DNA from: Mobula hypostoma
Lineage: Eukaryota
Length of the DNA stretch: 64,000 bases
Direction of reading: 5' to 3'
Assembly (NCBI RefSeq): GCF_963921235.1
Contig: NC_086097.1
Span: forward strand, 27,840,001 to 27,904,000
In this document: positions 44,291 to 55,947 of the stretch, in pieces
Layout of the letters: each line of letters starts with the position of its first letter
Numbering within the stretch: position 1 is the first letter of the stretch
Notes under the pieces: generated by a model
What the model was told of the DNA's origin: nothing
Seen by the model: the letters and a program-made list of their open reading frames with translations, nothing else
The model's database searches: none
Made by a program: the position numbers and the translations under genes

Positions 44291-46425
44291 AGGCCCCGGG
44301 GACTTATCTGTCCTAATGTATTTTAACAACTCCAACACTTCCTCTCCCTTAATATCAACATGCTCCAGAACATCAACCTCACTCATATTGTCCTCACCAT
44401 CATCAAGTTCCCTCTCATTGGTGAATACTGAAGAGAAGTATTCATTGAGGACCTCGCTCACTTCCACAGCCTCCAGGAACATCTTCCCACCTTTATCTCT
44501 AATCGGGCCTACCTTCACTCCTGTCATCCTTTTATCCTTCACATAATTGAAGAATGCCTTGGGGATCTCCTTTACCCTACTCGCCAAGGCCTTCTCATGC
44601 CCCCTTCTTGCTTTTCTCAGCCCCTTAAGCTCCTTTCTTGCTTCCCTATATTCCTGAATAGACCCATCTGATCCTTGCTTCCTAAACCTCATGTATGCTG
44701 CCTTCTTCCACCTGACTAGATTTTCCACCTCACTTGTCACCCATGGTTCCTTCACCCTACCATTCTTTATCTTCCTCACCGGGACAAATTTATCCCCGAC
44801 ATCCCGCAAGAGATCTCTAAACATCGACCACATGTCCATAGTACATTTCCCTGCAAAAACATCATCCCAATTCACACCCGCAAGTTCTAGCCTTATAGCC
44901 TCATAATTTGACTTTCCCCAATTAAAAATTCTCCTGTCCTCTCTGATTCTATCCTTTTCCATGATAATGCTAAAGGCCAGGGAGCGGTGGTCACTGTCCC
45001 CCAGATGCTCACCCACTGAGAGATCTGTGACCTGACCCGGTTCATTTCCTAGTACTAGATCTAGTATGGCATTCCCCCTAGTCAGCCTGTCCACCGACTG
45101 TTACAGGAAATCGTCCTGGACACACCTAACAAACTCTGCCCCATCTAAACCCTTGGAACTAATCAGGTTACAATCAATATTAGGGAAGTTAAAGTCACCC
45201 ATGATAACAACCCTGTTATTTTTGTACCTTTCCAAAATCTGCCTCCCAATCTGCTCCTCTGTATCTCTGCTGCTACCAGGGGGCCTATAGAATACCCCCA
45301 ATAGAGTAACTGCTCCCTTCCTGTTCCTGACTTCCACCCATATTGACTCAAAAGAGGATCCTGCTACATTACCCACCCTTTCTGTAGCTGTAATAGTATC
45401 CCTGACCAGTAATGCCACCCCTCCTCCCCTTTTTCCGCCCTCTCTATCCCTTTTAAAGCACTGAAATCCAGGAATATTGAGAATCCATTCCTGCCCTGGT
45501 GCCAGCCAAGTCTCTTGTGACAAAAGAACCAGTTATCAGAAGATTGATGCTGATAAGAGGACAATGGGGGAACATGCAAGGTGCTAATAAGAGAGAGACG
45601 AGAGAGATTACCGAAAGGAGACACAGTTCCGAGTATTGTCAGAGACTGGTGGCTTTGAACCCTGAACTGTTTGAAGTTGGATGGAATCCTGAACTGTTTG
45701 AAGTTTGATGGACAGGTGATACCCCAGCAGGGGGGATAAAAAGGGACAGGTTCGCTAAGGCAACAGACACACGACACCACGAGGTAACGAGACCCTGGAA
45801 GCGGTGTGCCCCCACAAGTTGCTGGGAGTTTTGGAGGTCTGGTCACGGGATCAGCCATAGACGCACAGGGTAGAAAGATACGGTCGGGCGGGAACCCGGT
45901 GTGTGTGTCCGCCCTTGCCTGGGTGCCGGGTTCACCGCAGAAGAACGATCGTATCTGGAATGGAGGGGTCACAGTCGGTGACCTCAGAAGACATTACAAA
46001 GGGCTCACCCGAAAGCTAACTGCGAGGAATATCGAAGGTCTGTGTGGAATCCGTTTTGAATATTCATTGGCTTTCGCTCTCTCTCTTCTCCCCGCCCCAA
46101 CGGCACAACAGCGATTACTGTGAACTGAACTGAACTCAATTGAACTGAACTTTGCGTCACTTGAAACTGATCATTTACCCCTAGACTGCGATAGAGCTTG
46201 ATTGATTCTATTATCCTAGTTCTGTATACATGTGTGTTTTATCATTGCTAAACTGTTGCATTTATATCCTTTTGATTAGAGTACTGTGTTATTTATTTCT
46301 TTAATAAAACTTTCTTAGTTCCAGTAATCCAGACTCCAACTAAGTGGTCCATTTCTGCTGGTTTGGCAACCCAGTTACGGGGTACATAACACTCTGTAAT
46401 GGCCACTACATCATAATTCCATGTA
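44291..46425 (-). mobile_element. CR1 LINE endonuclease/linker segment split by a solo LTR
   Basis: ETWL..GGGVALLV..YRPP..MGDFNFPNID; ILDLVLGNEP..DSDH; ends at DKSPGP; the CR1 sequence resumes at 46392-46425. Confidence 0.88.
45516..46391 (+). mobile_element. Solo LTR related to the LTRs at 54938/58947
   Basis: TG...CA termini; 4-bp TSD CTCT at 45512-45515 and 46392-46395; shared terminal sequence GGTTTGGCAACCCAGTTACGGGGTAC. Confidence 0.88.
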
Positions 46426-46429
46426 TTTA

Positions 46430-47747
46430 TATGGGAAAAATTTGTGAGTGTACGCAGACCCAAAAAATAACCTACTAAATCATGCCAAATAACACATAAA
46501 ACCTAAAATAACAGTAGCATATAGTAAAAGCAGGAATGATATGTTAAATATACAGCCTATATTAAGTAGAAATACTTCTCTGCAATCATTGCTGCACTGT
46601 CCACCATAGCGAAAATCTCACGCAAGCACTCTCGGCAGAAACACTCGGCGCAAGCCCTCTTGGCAGAAGCACTCTCTCCAGTAACCTTTAAGCTATGAAG
46701 CTGCCAAGTCATACCAAATAACTCATAAAAATACACAGCCTATATAAAGTAGAAATAATGTATGTACAGTGTAGTATAACTTACCGGAATCGCGAAGACA
46801 GCGAGCACACTGATGATGGTGTGTTAGGCTGAGTCGTCGGAGGTTGGTGTAGTGGGAAACTGGGGTGTCATCTCATCGTCGTCTGTTTCCATCAGGGCAG
46901 GCAGGTCATCTTCTGTGTCTGCCTGCCTTGATGTCGAAGGTCGAGGTTCGTCGTCTGCTGCGGCTGATGTGGAAGGCTTGAAAAACAACAGTATGCTCGA
47001 CTGCTTAGCCTCGCGCATTTTTCTATCGTACAGATCTTTGTAAGCACTCAAACCATCCTGCAAATATGCCCTAAACCTACGTAGTCTTTCAAAATTAAAG
47101 TCGTACTTTTCTGCAATCATTGCAGTGTTGTCAACTGCAGCAAAAATCTCACTCAGCTGCTTCACGTTCAGTTCCTGGATGACTTCACTTTTGGTCCATT
47201 CGCTACTGCATTTGGTTTCGATTGTTATCCTTTCCTCTTCCAATTGCATCAGCTCTTCATCTATCAGTTCTTGGTCATGGGATGCCAAAACCTCTTCAAC
47301 ATCATGTTCGTCAACTTCCACAAGCCAAACTCACTTTGTCCTTACTTCGTTCATCACAATCGAAACGCTTAATTATGTCTAGTTTTACACTAAGTGTAAC
47401 AGCCTTACGAGCTCTTTTAGGCTTTTCCGATACCTTAGAACTCATCTCGCTAACAGATGCTCAAAAGAAATTGACATAAAGCACAGATGCTCACAGGCAC
47501 GTGTTTAAGCAATGCCGACTAAAATGCAGTTCCGGGGGAGGAGCTTGGCTGCTCGAGGCGCGCGCTGCCTTTTATCGCGCGCTGCCTTTTTTCATGTGCT
47601 GCCTTTTTCGTGCGCTGCTTTTGTCACATGCTGCCTTTTTTCGTAACAGTGAGAACACCTTCTGTTAACGAAAACAGGTAACTAATGTAGGTCTTTCGTA
47701 ATAGTGAGGTGTTGTAAAGCGAACGTTCAAAAAGCGGGGGACACCTG
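46430..47747 (-). mobile_element. Internally deleted Tigger1-like transposon (one TIR visible)
   Basis: TA-CAGGTGTCCCCCGCTTTT terminus at 47747; N-terminal remnant KRARKAVTLSVKLDIIKRF; ORF 46824-47321 resembles the Tigger C-terminus and contains QSSILLFF. Confidence 0.8.
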
Positions 47748-48379
47748 TATCTCAGTTGATAATGACAAGATAGGCTGTTTGACATGTTCCATTTAGTATT
47801 ACTCTATTACTATTGCTGATAGTGACACTTGCCACAAAACTTTCAATTCAGTGGCTGAAGCCAAGTTGTCAAAGAGTTCAAAAGGCACAAATACCTATTT
47901 ATTATCTGTTGAACAGTTAAAAGTATTGATGAAGTGTTAGAATTTGGGTTTGCTAGAAAATACTTAATGGAAGGTCTGAACTGAGGCTCCAATTATTTTA
48001 TTGGGGATTATAAGACTGAGGATGAAAATACAAAAGGGCTTTGATATTCATGATTGTTTTCAAGTGTTTCTAATTTTTTTATTTATTTGCTTCCACAATA
48101 TTAAGAATACTTCTTAATTTTTAAATACACTATTTTATTATTTTTAAATGTTGCTAAAGTTTTACTTCCAGCAAAGCTGGGTTCTAGTGAGTTTTGGACT
48201 GGAGACTCAGTTACAAGGAGTCAGGAGGATGCAGATGGTGATTTTGGCTGAAGATGTAGCTCAATGTTTCCAACCAGCTCGTGTGTTAAAACAGGATTCC
48301 CCTGACAACCAGTGAAAGGACTACATTGATGAATATTAACCACAGAAAATACTCCAGATTCCAATGTCATCTTTCTCAC

Positions 48380-48530
48380 CTGAAAGAAGGGGTGAGATTT
48401 AATTTCCTCAGCACCTCCTGGACCAGAACCCAACCTTTTTTTGGGGTCTTTAACGAGCAGTTTCTTCATTATGTCTTTTGCTAAAGGACCAATTTCTGGG
48501 GGATAAGGAGGATCACTTTTTAGAATTCTC
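48380..48530 (-). CDS. RPS6KA5: MSK1 coding exon (end of N-terminal kinase domain)
   Basis: RILKSDPPYPPEIGPLAKDIMKKLLVKDPKKRLGSGPGGAEEIKSHPFFQ; ctag/gtgaga splice sites; 151 bp. Confidence 0.96.
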
Positions 48531-48589
48531 CTAGGAAAGAAGAAAACTTGTGCAATTGTTAAACTGCAAAAGCCGACATGATCATTCAA

Positions 48590-48796
48590 CAACAGTATTA
48601 TGACAAGAAATTCTGCAGATACTGGAAGTCCAGAGTAACAAACACAAACAGCTGCAGGTGCTCACCATATCAGACAGTATCTATGGAGAGGAATAAACAG
48701 TCAGTCCTGATAAGAGGTCTCAGCCTGAAATGCTGACTGTTTATTCTCCTCCATATATACTGCTTGACCTGTGGAGTTCCTCCAGCACTTGGTGTG
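48590..48796. mobile_element. Short inverted Penelope-like insertion with decayed hammerhead
   Basis: TSD TGATCATTCAA at 48579-48589 and 48797-48807; AGTC-CTGATAAG..GAAATGCTGACT. Confidence 0.7.
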
Positions 48797-49489
48797 TGAT
48801 CATTCAAACAGCTTGTATACTATCCTTCAAAATCATAATGAATTGGGTAAAAATATCTGGGAGAATTACCAATTCTGGGCTTAGAGAGATAAATTCAAAA
48901 ATGCTTTGATGAATTTGACAAATAATTCTAAGCCATTTAAGGTATGTCAGAAACCATCAAATGTAACAGGTAAAAATTTGTATTTGGAGCAATAGCAGAT
49001 GACTGTCAAAATTAGAACTAATTCAATAACAAGGTAAAACAGAAAGAAACTGGCTTCTGGGGCTTTTTACTCAGGAATGGAATGGATGATCTGGGAGAAA
49101 TGCAACATTCTTGTATAAGGGATCTAAATCATTATTCTGGAGCAAATTAAGAAAGCACAAAAGGGAGCACTCAAAGTTTAAGACCATCAGGAAATGCCTC
49201 TTTACTAAAAGTAGTTACATAACCCAACCTTGTCTACCTCTTCCCTTCACCTTTTCATATGAGCTATTTCCCCTCTTTTTTTCTGATCCAGATGAAAGGC
49301 ATTAACCTGAAATGATGTCTGTCCATTTGCTCCTATGAATGCTGCCTGACCTGCTGAGCTCCTCCAGCAATCATGTGCTGGCTTTGAATAGTATTCTACA
49401 TAAAATAGTGGAGGAAAAACCCAGAACCAATTAAAAATCACCGAATGGAGAGCCTATACAGAAGATTCAAAGATTAAGTAGTTCAACTG

Positions 49490-50800
49490 AAAAGACTGTA
49501 GAAAAGAGTTACAAGGATGATTCCGGAACTAGAGGGACTGAGTTATAAGGAGAGGTTGGTCAGGCTTAGGAGAATGAGGTGCAACCTTATAAAAACGTTT
49601 AAAATTAAGAGCCATAGATAAGGTAGCTGGTAACAGTCTTTTTGCCAGGACAGCAGTCCAAAAATAGACAGCATAGATTTAGGGTTCGAAGGGAAAAATT
49701 TAAAAGAGAGCTGAGGAATGACTTTTTCAAGCAGAAGGCGGTGAATTAGTGGAACAAGCTGCCAGAGGAAGTGGTTGAGGCAGATCATTTATCATTTAAG
49801 AAGCTGGGACTATTGTTGTTTGTCATCTATATCAACAATGTGGATGATAATGTGGTTAACTGGATCACAAATTTGCAGATGACACCAAGATTGCAGACGT
49901 GGTGAACAGCAAAGACGATCATGGCTTGCAGCGGGATCTGGACCCTTTGGAAAATAGGAGTTGAAAAATATGGCAGATGGAATTTAATGTAGGCAAGTGC
50001 AAAGTGTTGCCCTTCGGTACGACCGACCAGGGTAGGTCTTAAACAGTGAATGGCAGGGCACTGAGGAGCGTGATAGAACAAAGGGATCTGGGAATGAGGT
50101 CCATAATTAATTGAAAGTGGTGTCAATATTAAAAGTGTTGTAAAGAAAACTTTTGATACATTGGCCTTCACAAATCAAAGTACAGAGTACACGAGATGGG
50201 ATGTTATATTGAAGTTATACAAGACATTGGCGAGGCCTAATTTGGAGTACTGTGTGCAGCTTTGGTCTCCTACCAACAGGAAAGATGTAAATAAAGTTGA
50301 CAGAATACAGAGAAAATTTATAAGGATGTTGCCAGGTCTGAAGGACTAAAGTTATATGGAAAGATTGAATAGGTTAGGACTTTATTCCTTGGAACATCAA
50401 AGATTTGATAGATGTATACAAAATTATGTGGGGTGTAGAAAGGTAAATGCAAGCAGGCTTTTTCCACTGAGGTTGGGTGGGACTACAACTAGAGGTGAAA
50501 GGTTTAAGGGGAACAAGAAGGGAAATGCCTTCATTTAGTGGGTTGTGAGAGTGTGGAATGTGCTGCCAGTGCAAGTGGTGCATGCGAGCTCGATTTTGAT
50601 GGTTAAGAGAAATTTGAATAGGTACATTAATGGTAGGGGTATGAGGGCTATGGTACCAGTGCAGGTCGATGGGAGTAGGCAGCTTAAAATGGCTTGTCAT
50701 GGACTATATGGTTCAAAGGGCCTATTTTTTTGCTGTACTTTTCTATGACTCTAAGCACTTGGATAGATACTTGGAGGGTTGGGGCTTGGAGAAAGATGGG
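49490..50800 (+). mobile_element. Nested CR1 fragments
   Basis: LYKTLARPNLEYCVQLWSP; AAATTTGCAGATGACACCAAG (KFADDTK). Confidence 0.8.
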
Positions 50801-50909
50801 CTGAATTTATTTATTTAATTTTATCTTTGTGAAAGAACGATTTGGATAGTCTTTTTCACCTGCAGTTAAATGATAAAGTCTGTGTTACAAAAGAAATTGC
50901 ACTCCTTAC

Positions 50910-51013
50910 TTTGAAATCTCGGCTTGTGAATTTTTTTCTCCATCGACAGTAAAGGGCGATGCTCCAGTTTTTAGCTCATACATCAGCACCCCAAGGCTCC
51001 ACCAATCTACAGC
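50910..51013 (-). CDS. RPS6KA5: MSK1 coding exon (N-terminal kinase alphaF; probably equivalent to human exon 7)
   Basis: Manual translation AVDWWSLGVLMYELKTGASPFTVDGEKNSQAEIS(K). Acceptor ttag, donor gtaagg, 104 bp, ends in phase 2 and joins the next exon. Not present in the ORF track. Confidence 0.95.
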
Positions 51014-52410
51014 CTAAGCAAAGAAGAGGGCTAGATTAATTTACAATAGGATTGTACATCATACAATCTAACATACCACATTTATTACAAAGTACAGAGA
51101 AAATCCAGTTTGTTCAGTATTGCCCTTTGTTGAGCATTTAAATCACAGCACAATCCTTCGAAGTTAATTTGTCGGCCAAGAACAGCTCCCAGCTTGGCAT
51201 GATTTTGTTTACAATTATGAAGTGCAATATTTGATGCATCCATTAAAAATAAAACCAGAGCTGGCAACACAACAGCTTCAATGTTAAGCATTTTTGGTCC
51301 TCAGCTGTGGAAAACTGAATCAGTTATGCATATCCAGGTTCATTCAGCTCCCACCTCACCTCACACTGCCAAGGGTGACAATGGAGAAGAGGCCACTTTT
51401 CAAAAAGTCTGGTGGAGAAACCAATTTTGCCACTTTTGAGAAAGCCACTTGTTGTAGATGGGCTTTTCCCAATCAGAAAATTCCATGAACACTGGGAAAT
51501 AAATAACACAGGATGAAGAGAAGAGGCATTGCATGACAAAAATAACTGCAGCAATGAAAATCGCTAATCACTATTAAGCCGACATACAAGAGATTAAAAG
51601 CAAATTGTAACAAATCTCTGTTGATGTCACGCAAACCCACATCATGATGAAGACTGCCAGACTTACAGATATATCATAAATTCTTGGATTATTTAAATGA
51701 CACCCAAGGCTGTTTAGCCTCTCATGTCTTTGCTAGACAAAGAAAACAATGTTACAATTGGCTAAACCACTTCTGTTCCCTTGCAGGCTAATGTTTTAAA
51801 CATCGGTGCCAGTCACACAACTTTTTATATGATGCTGCAACATGCACGCTACTGAGTACCTAGCCCCGTGAAACCCCTCAAATAAAAACATCTTTGCCTC
51901 CTGCTACTAAATTTTGAATGCAATTTGCCTGAAACACAGAAGGTGGACAATTAGTAAGTCATTTGGTCCTTTGAGTCTGCTCCACAATTCAATATAACCA
52001 AAGCAAACTGCCCCTTTCAGAACCATATTGACGTCCTTTCTCCCCATATCAGCACTTGGAGCTATGATGCTGTGGCCATTACAGAGACTTGGATGGCTCA
52101 GGGGCAGGAATGGCTACTTAAGAGTGCCAGGCTTTAGATGTTTCAGAAAGGTCAGGGAGGGAGGCAAAAGAGGTGGGGACGCGGCACTGCTGATCAGAGA
52201 TAGTGTCACGGCTGCAGAACAGGAGGAAGTCATGGAGGGATTGTCCACTCAGTGTTTGTGGGTGGAAGTTAGGAACAGCAAGACCACCCAATAGTAACTG
52301 AGACATCGAGGAGTAAATAGGCAGACAGATTCCGGAAAGATGTAATAATAACAGGGTTGTAGTGGTGGGAGATTTTAATTTCCCTAATATTGATTGGCAT
52401 CTCCCTAGAG

Positions 52411-53144
52411 CAGCGGTCCCCAACCACCGGGCTCACAACCGGTACCGGGCCGTGAGGAAACTATATGAGTCAGCTGCACCCTTCCTCATTCCCTGTCATG
52501 CACTGTTGAACTTGAACATAGGGTTGCCAACTGTCCCATATTTGCCGGGACATCCTGTATATTGGGCTAAATTGGTTTGTCTCATACGGGACCACCCTTG
52601 TCCCATATTTCCCCCGCTAAGGTAGAGCGTTCCTATGAAACCTTTTGTGCCAAAATGGCGTGAAGCGAAGAAGCAATTACCATTGATTTATATGGGAAAA
52701 ATTTTTGAGCATTCCCAGACCCAAGAAATAACCGAACAAATCATACCAAATGATTCATAAAACCGAAAATAAATAACACTAACATATAGTAAAAGCAGGA
52801 ATGATATGATAAATACACAGCCTATATAAAGTAGAAGTAATGAATGTACAGTACAGTCAGGAAGATGAAGGCAAAACCGATTTGTGGGGGGGGGGAAATC
52901 GGCACGTACGCGCATGCGCACGTCACGCATGCAGACACAGGTGGCCGAACAAGGCTTCATTGTCATGGCAGTCCTTCCTGGGGTAAAGTGTCCCGGGATT
53001 TGACTGCTACTTTTGTCCCTTTTTTGGGAGTGAGAAAGTTGGCAACCCTAACTGTAAAAGACATGTTCAGGTGAGTTTAATCCTACTTGAACACAACACC
53101 CACCCCCCACCAGTTGGCAGTGCAAAAAAGGTTGGGAACCCCTG
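52411..53144. mobile_element. hAT-Charlie-type MITE containing a second hAT-like element and a Tigger fragment
   Basis: TIRs CAGCGGTCCCCAACC / GGTTGGGAACCCCTG; 8-bp TSD CCCTAGAG at 52403-52410 and 53145-53152. Confidence 0.88.
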
Positions 53145-55775
53145 CCCTAGAGCAAGGGGTTTAGATGGGGTGGAATTTGTTAGGTGTGTTCAGGAAGGTT
53201 TCCTGACACTATGTGTAGATAAGTCTACAAGAGAGGGTGTACTTGATCTGGTATTGGGAAATGAACCTGGTCAGGTGTCAGGTCTCTTAGTGGAGAGCAT
53301 TTTGGAGATAGTGATCACAATTCTATCTCCTTTACCATAGCATTGGAGAGGGATAGGAACAGACAAGTTAGGAAAGTGTTTAATTGGACTAAGGGGAAAT
53401 ATAAAGCTATCAGGCAGGAACTTGGAAGCATAAATTGGGAACAGATATTCTCGGGGAAATGTACGGCAGAAATGTGGCAAATGTTCAGGGGACATTTGCG
53501 TGGCATTCTGCATAGGTATGCTCCAGTGATACAGGGAAAGGATGGTAGGGTACAGGAACCATGGTGTACAAAGGTTATTGAAAATCTAGCCAAGAAGAAA
53601 AGAAAAGCTTATGAAAGGGTCAAAAAACTAGGTACTGATAGAGATCTATGAGATTATAAGGCTAGCAGGAAGGAGCTTAAGAATGAAATTAGGAGAGCCA
53701 GAAAGGGCCATGAGAAGGCCTTGGAGAGCACGACATGCGAGCAAGGCATTCTAGAAGTATGTGAAGAGCAAGAGGATAAAACTTAAGAGAGTAGGACCAA
53801 TCAAGTGCGACGGTGGAAAAGTGTGTATAGAGATAGCAGAGGTACTTAATGAATACTTTGCTTCAGTATTCACTATGGAAAAGGATCTTGGTGATTGTAG
53901 GGATGACTTAGAGCAGACTGAAAACTCTAGCATATAGACATTAAGAAAGAGGATGTGCTGGAGCTTTTGGAAAGCATCAAGTTGGATAAGTCACCAGGAC
54001 CGGACGAGATATACCCCAGGCTACTGTGGGAGGCGAATGAGGAGATTGCTGAGCCTCTGGCAATGATCTTTGCATCATCATTGGGGATGGGAGAGGTTCC
54101 GGAGGATTAGAGGGTTACAGATGTTGTTCCCTTATTCCAGAAAGGAAGTAGGGATAGCTCAGGAAATTATAGACCAGCGAGTCTGACTTCAGTGGTTGGT
54201 AAGTGGTTCTGGGACCTCTTCTCTTCGTGATTTTTATGACCTGGATGAGGAAGTGAAGGGATGGGTTAGTAAATTTGCGGATGACACAAAGTTGTGGGTG
54301 TTGTGGATAGTGTGGAGGGCTAACAGAGGTTACAGTGGGACATTGACAGGATGCAAAACTGGGCTAAGAAGCAGCAGATGAAGTTCAACCCAGTTAAGTG
54401 TGAGGTGGTTATTTGGTTGGTCAAATATGATGGCAGAATATAGTATTAATGGTAAGACTCTTGCCAGTGTGGAGGTTCAGAGGTCCACAGGACACTCAAA
54501 GCTGCTGTGCAGGTTGACTGTGTGGTTAAGGCAGCATACAGTGCATTGCTCATCTTAACCGTGGGATTGAGTTCAAGAGTCGAGAGGTAATGTTATAGCT
54601 GTATAGAACCCTGGTCAAACCCCACTTGGAGTACTGTGCTCAGTTCTGGTCACCTCACTACAGGAAGGATGTAGAAACTCTTGAAAGGCTGCACAGGAAA
54701 TTTACAAGGATGTTGCCTGGACTGGGGAGCATGCTGTACAAGAATAGGTTAAATGAACTTTGCCTTTTCTCCTTGGAGTGACGGAGGATGAGAGGTGACC
54801 TGATAGAGGTGTATAAAATGATGAAAGGCATTGGTCGTGTGGATAGTCAGAGGCTTTTTCCCCAGGGCTGAAATGGCTAACATGAGACAGCACAGTTTTA
54901 AGGTGTTTGGATGTAGGTACAGAGGAGATGTCAGGGGTGTTACGTACCCCGTAACTGGGTTGCCAAACCAGCAGAAATGGATCACTCAGTTGGAGTCTGG
55001 AGTACTAGAACTAAGAAAGTTTTATTAAAGAAACAAGCAACACAGTAATCGAAAGGATAATAAATGCAACAATTCAACAATGATAACCACACATGTGCAC
55101 AGAATTAAGATAACAGCATCAATCAAGCTCTATCGTTGTCTAGGGGTAAATGACCAATTTCAAAATGACTCAAAGTTCAGTTCGCAGTAATCGTTGCCAT
55201 GGCGATGGACAAGGTGGGGGAAGAGAGACAGAGAGAACAACTCATCATTCAGCACAGCTTCACTCACAGACCAGCGGGATGGCTCACAACCAGCTTTTGG
55301 GCAGGTCCTTGGTGATGTCACCTGAGGTCACCGACTGTGACCCCTCCTCCAGATGCGGTCGATCCTCTGCAGTGAACCCGGCACCCAGGCAAGGGCGGAC
55401 ACACACCGGGTTCCCGCTGATCGTACCTTTCCACCCTTGTCGTTGTCTGGGACTTCTCACCCACTCGTGAGAAGCGCACCGCTTCCAGGGTCTCGTTACC
55501 TCGGGTGGCGTGTGTGTCTGTCTTAGCGAACCTGTCCCTTTTTATCCCCCTGCTGGGGTATCGCCTGTCCATCACTTCAAACAGTTCAGGGTTCAAAGGG
55601 GGGAGCCGCTCCAGACAGCTCTTCCTCCCACATCCCTTCATTACACATCTCCAGACGCTGCTCCATTGTTCCTTATCTCTCCTTTCCCTGAGGGCAGGTG
55701 GCAGACCAACTGCTGATGCCACTGATGCTAGCCCAGGCCAGCAAACATCTTAATTTTATGTGTATTCTCGTAACA

Positions 55776-55787
55776 CTTCCCCCCTTT
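55776..55787 (-). promoter_or_regulatory. Polypurine tract
   Basis: AAAGGGGGGAAG directly abutting the 3' LTR. Confidence 0.9.
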
Positions 55788-55947
55788 AAGGATTTTTACC
55801 GGGAGGTAAAAATTACAAACATGACTACATTGTCTGATACATACACAATATACATCTTTAACAGTTATTTAGCTAATACAGAGAATTTGAAGCTGTCAAC
55901 ACCTTGACAGACAGTCATCACATTTTCTGTTCCTTTTACACGTGTTA

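Noticed and set aside
44189..45094. 301-aa ORF as a gene
   Set aside because: It is a CR1 ORF2 segment reading through the junction into antisense RTE sequence.
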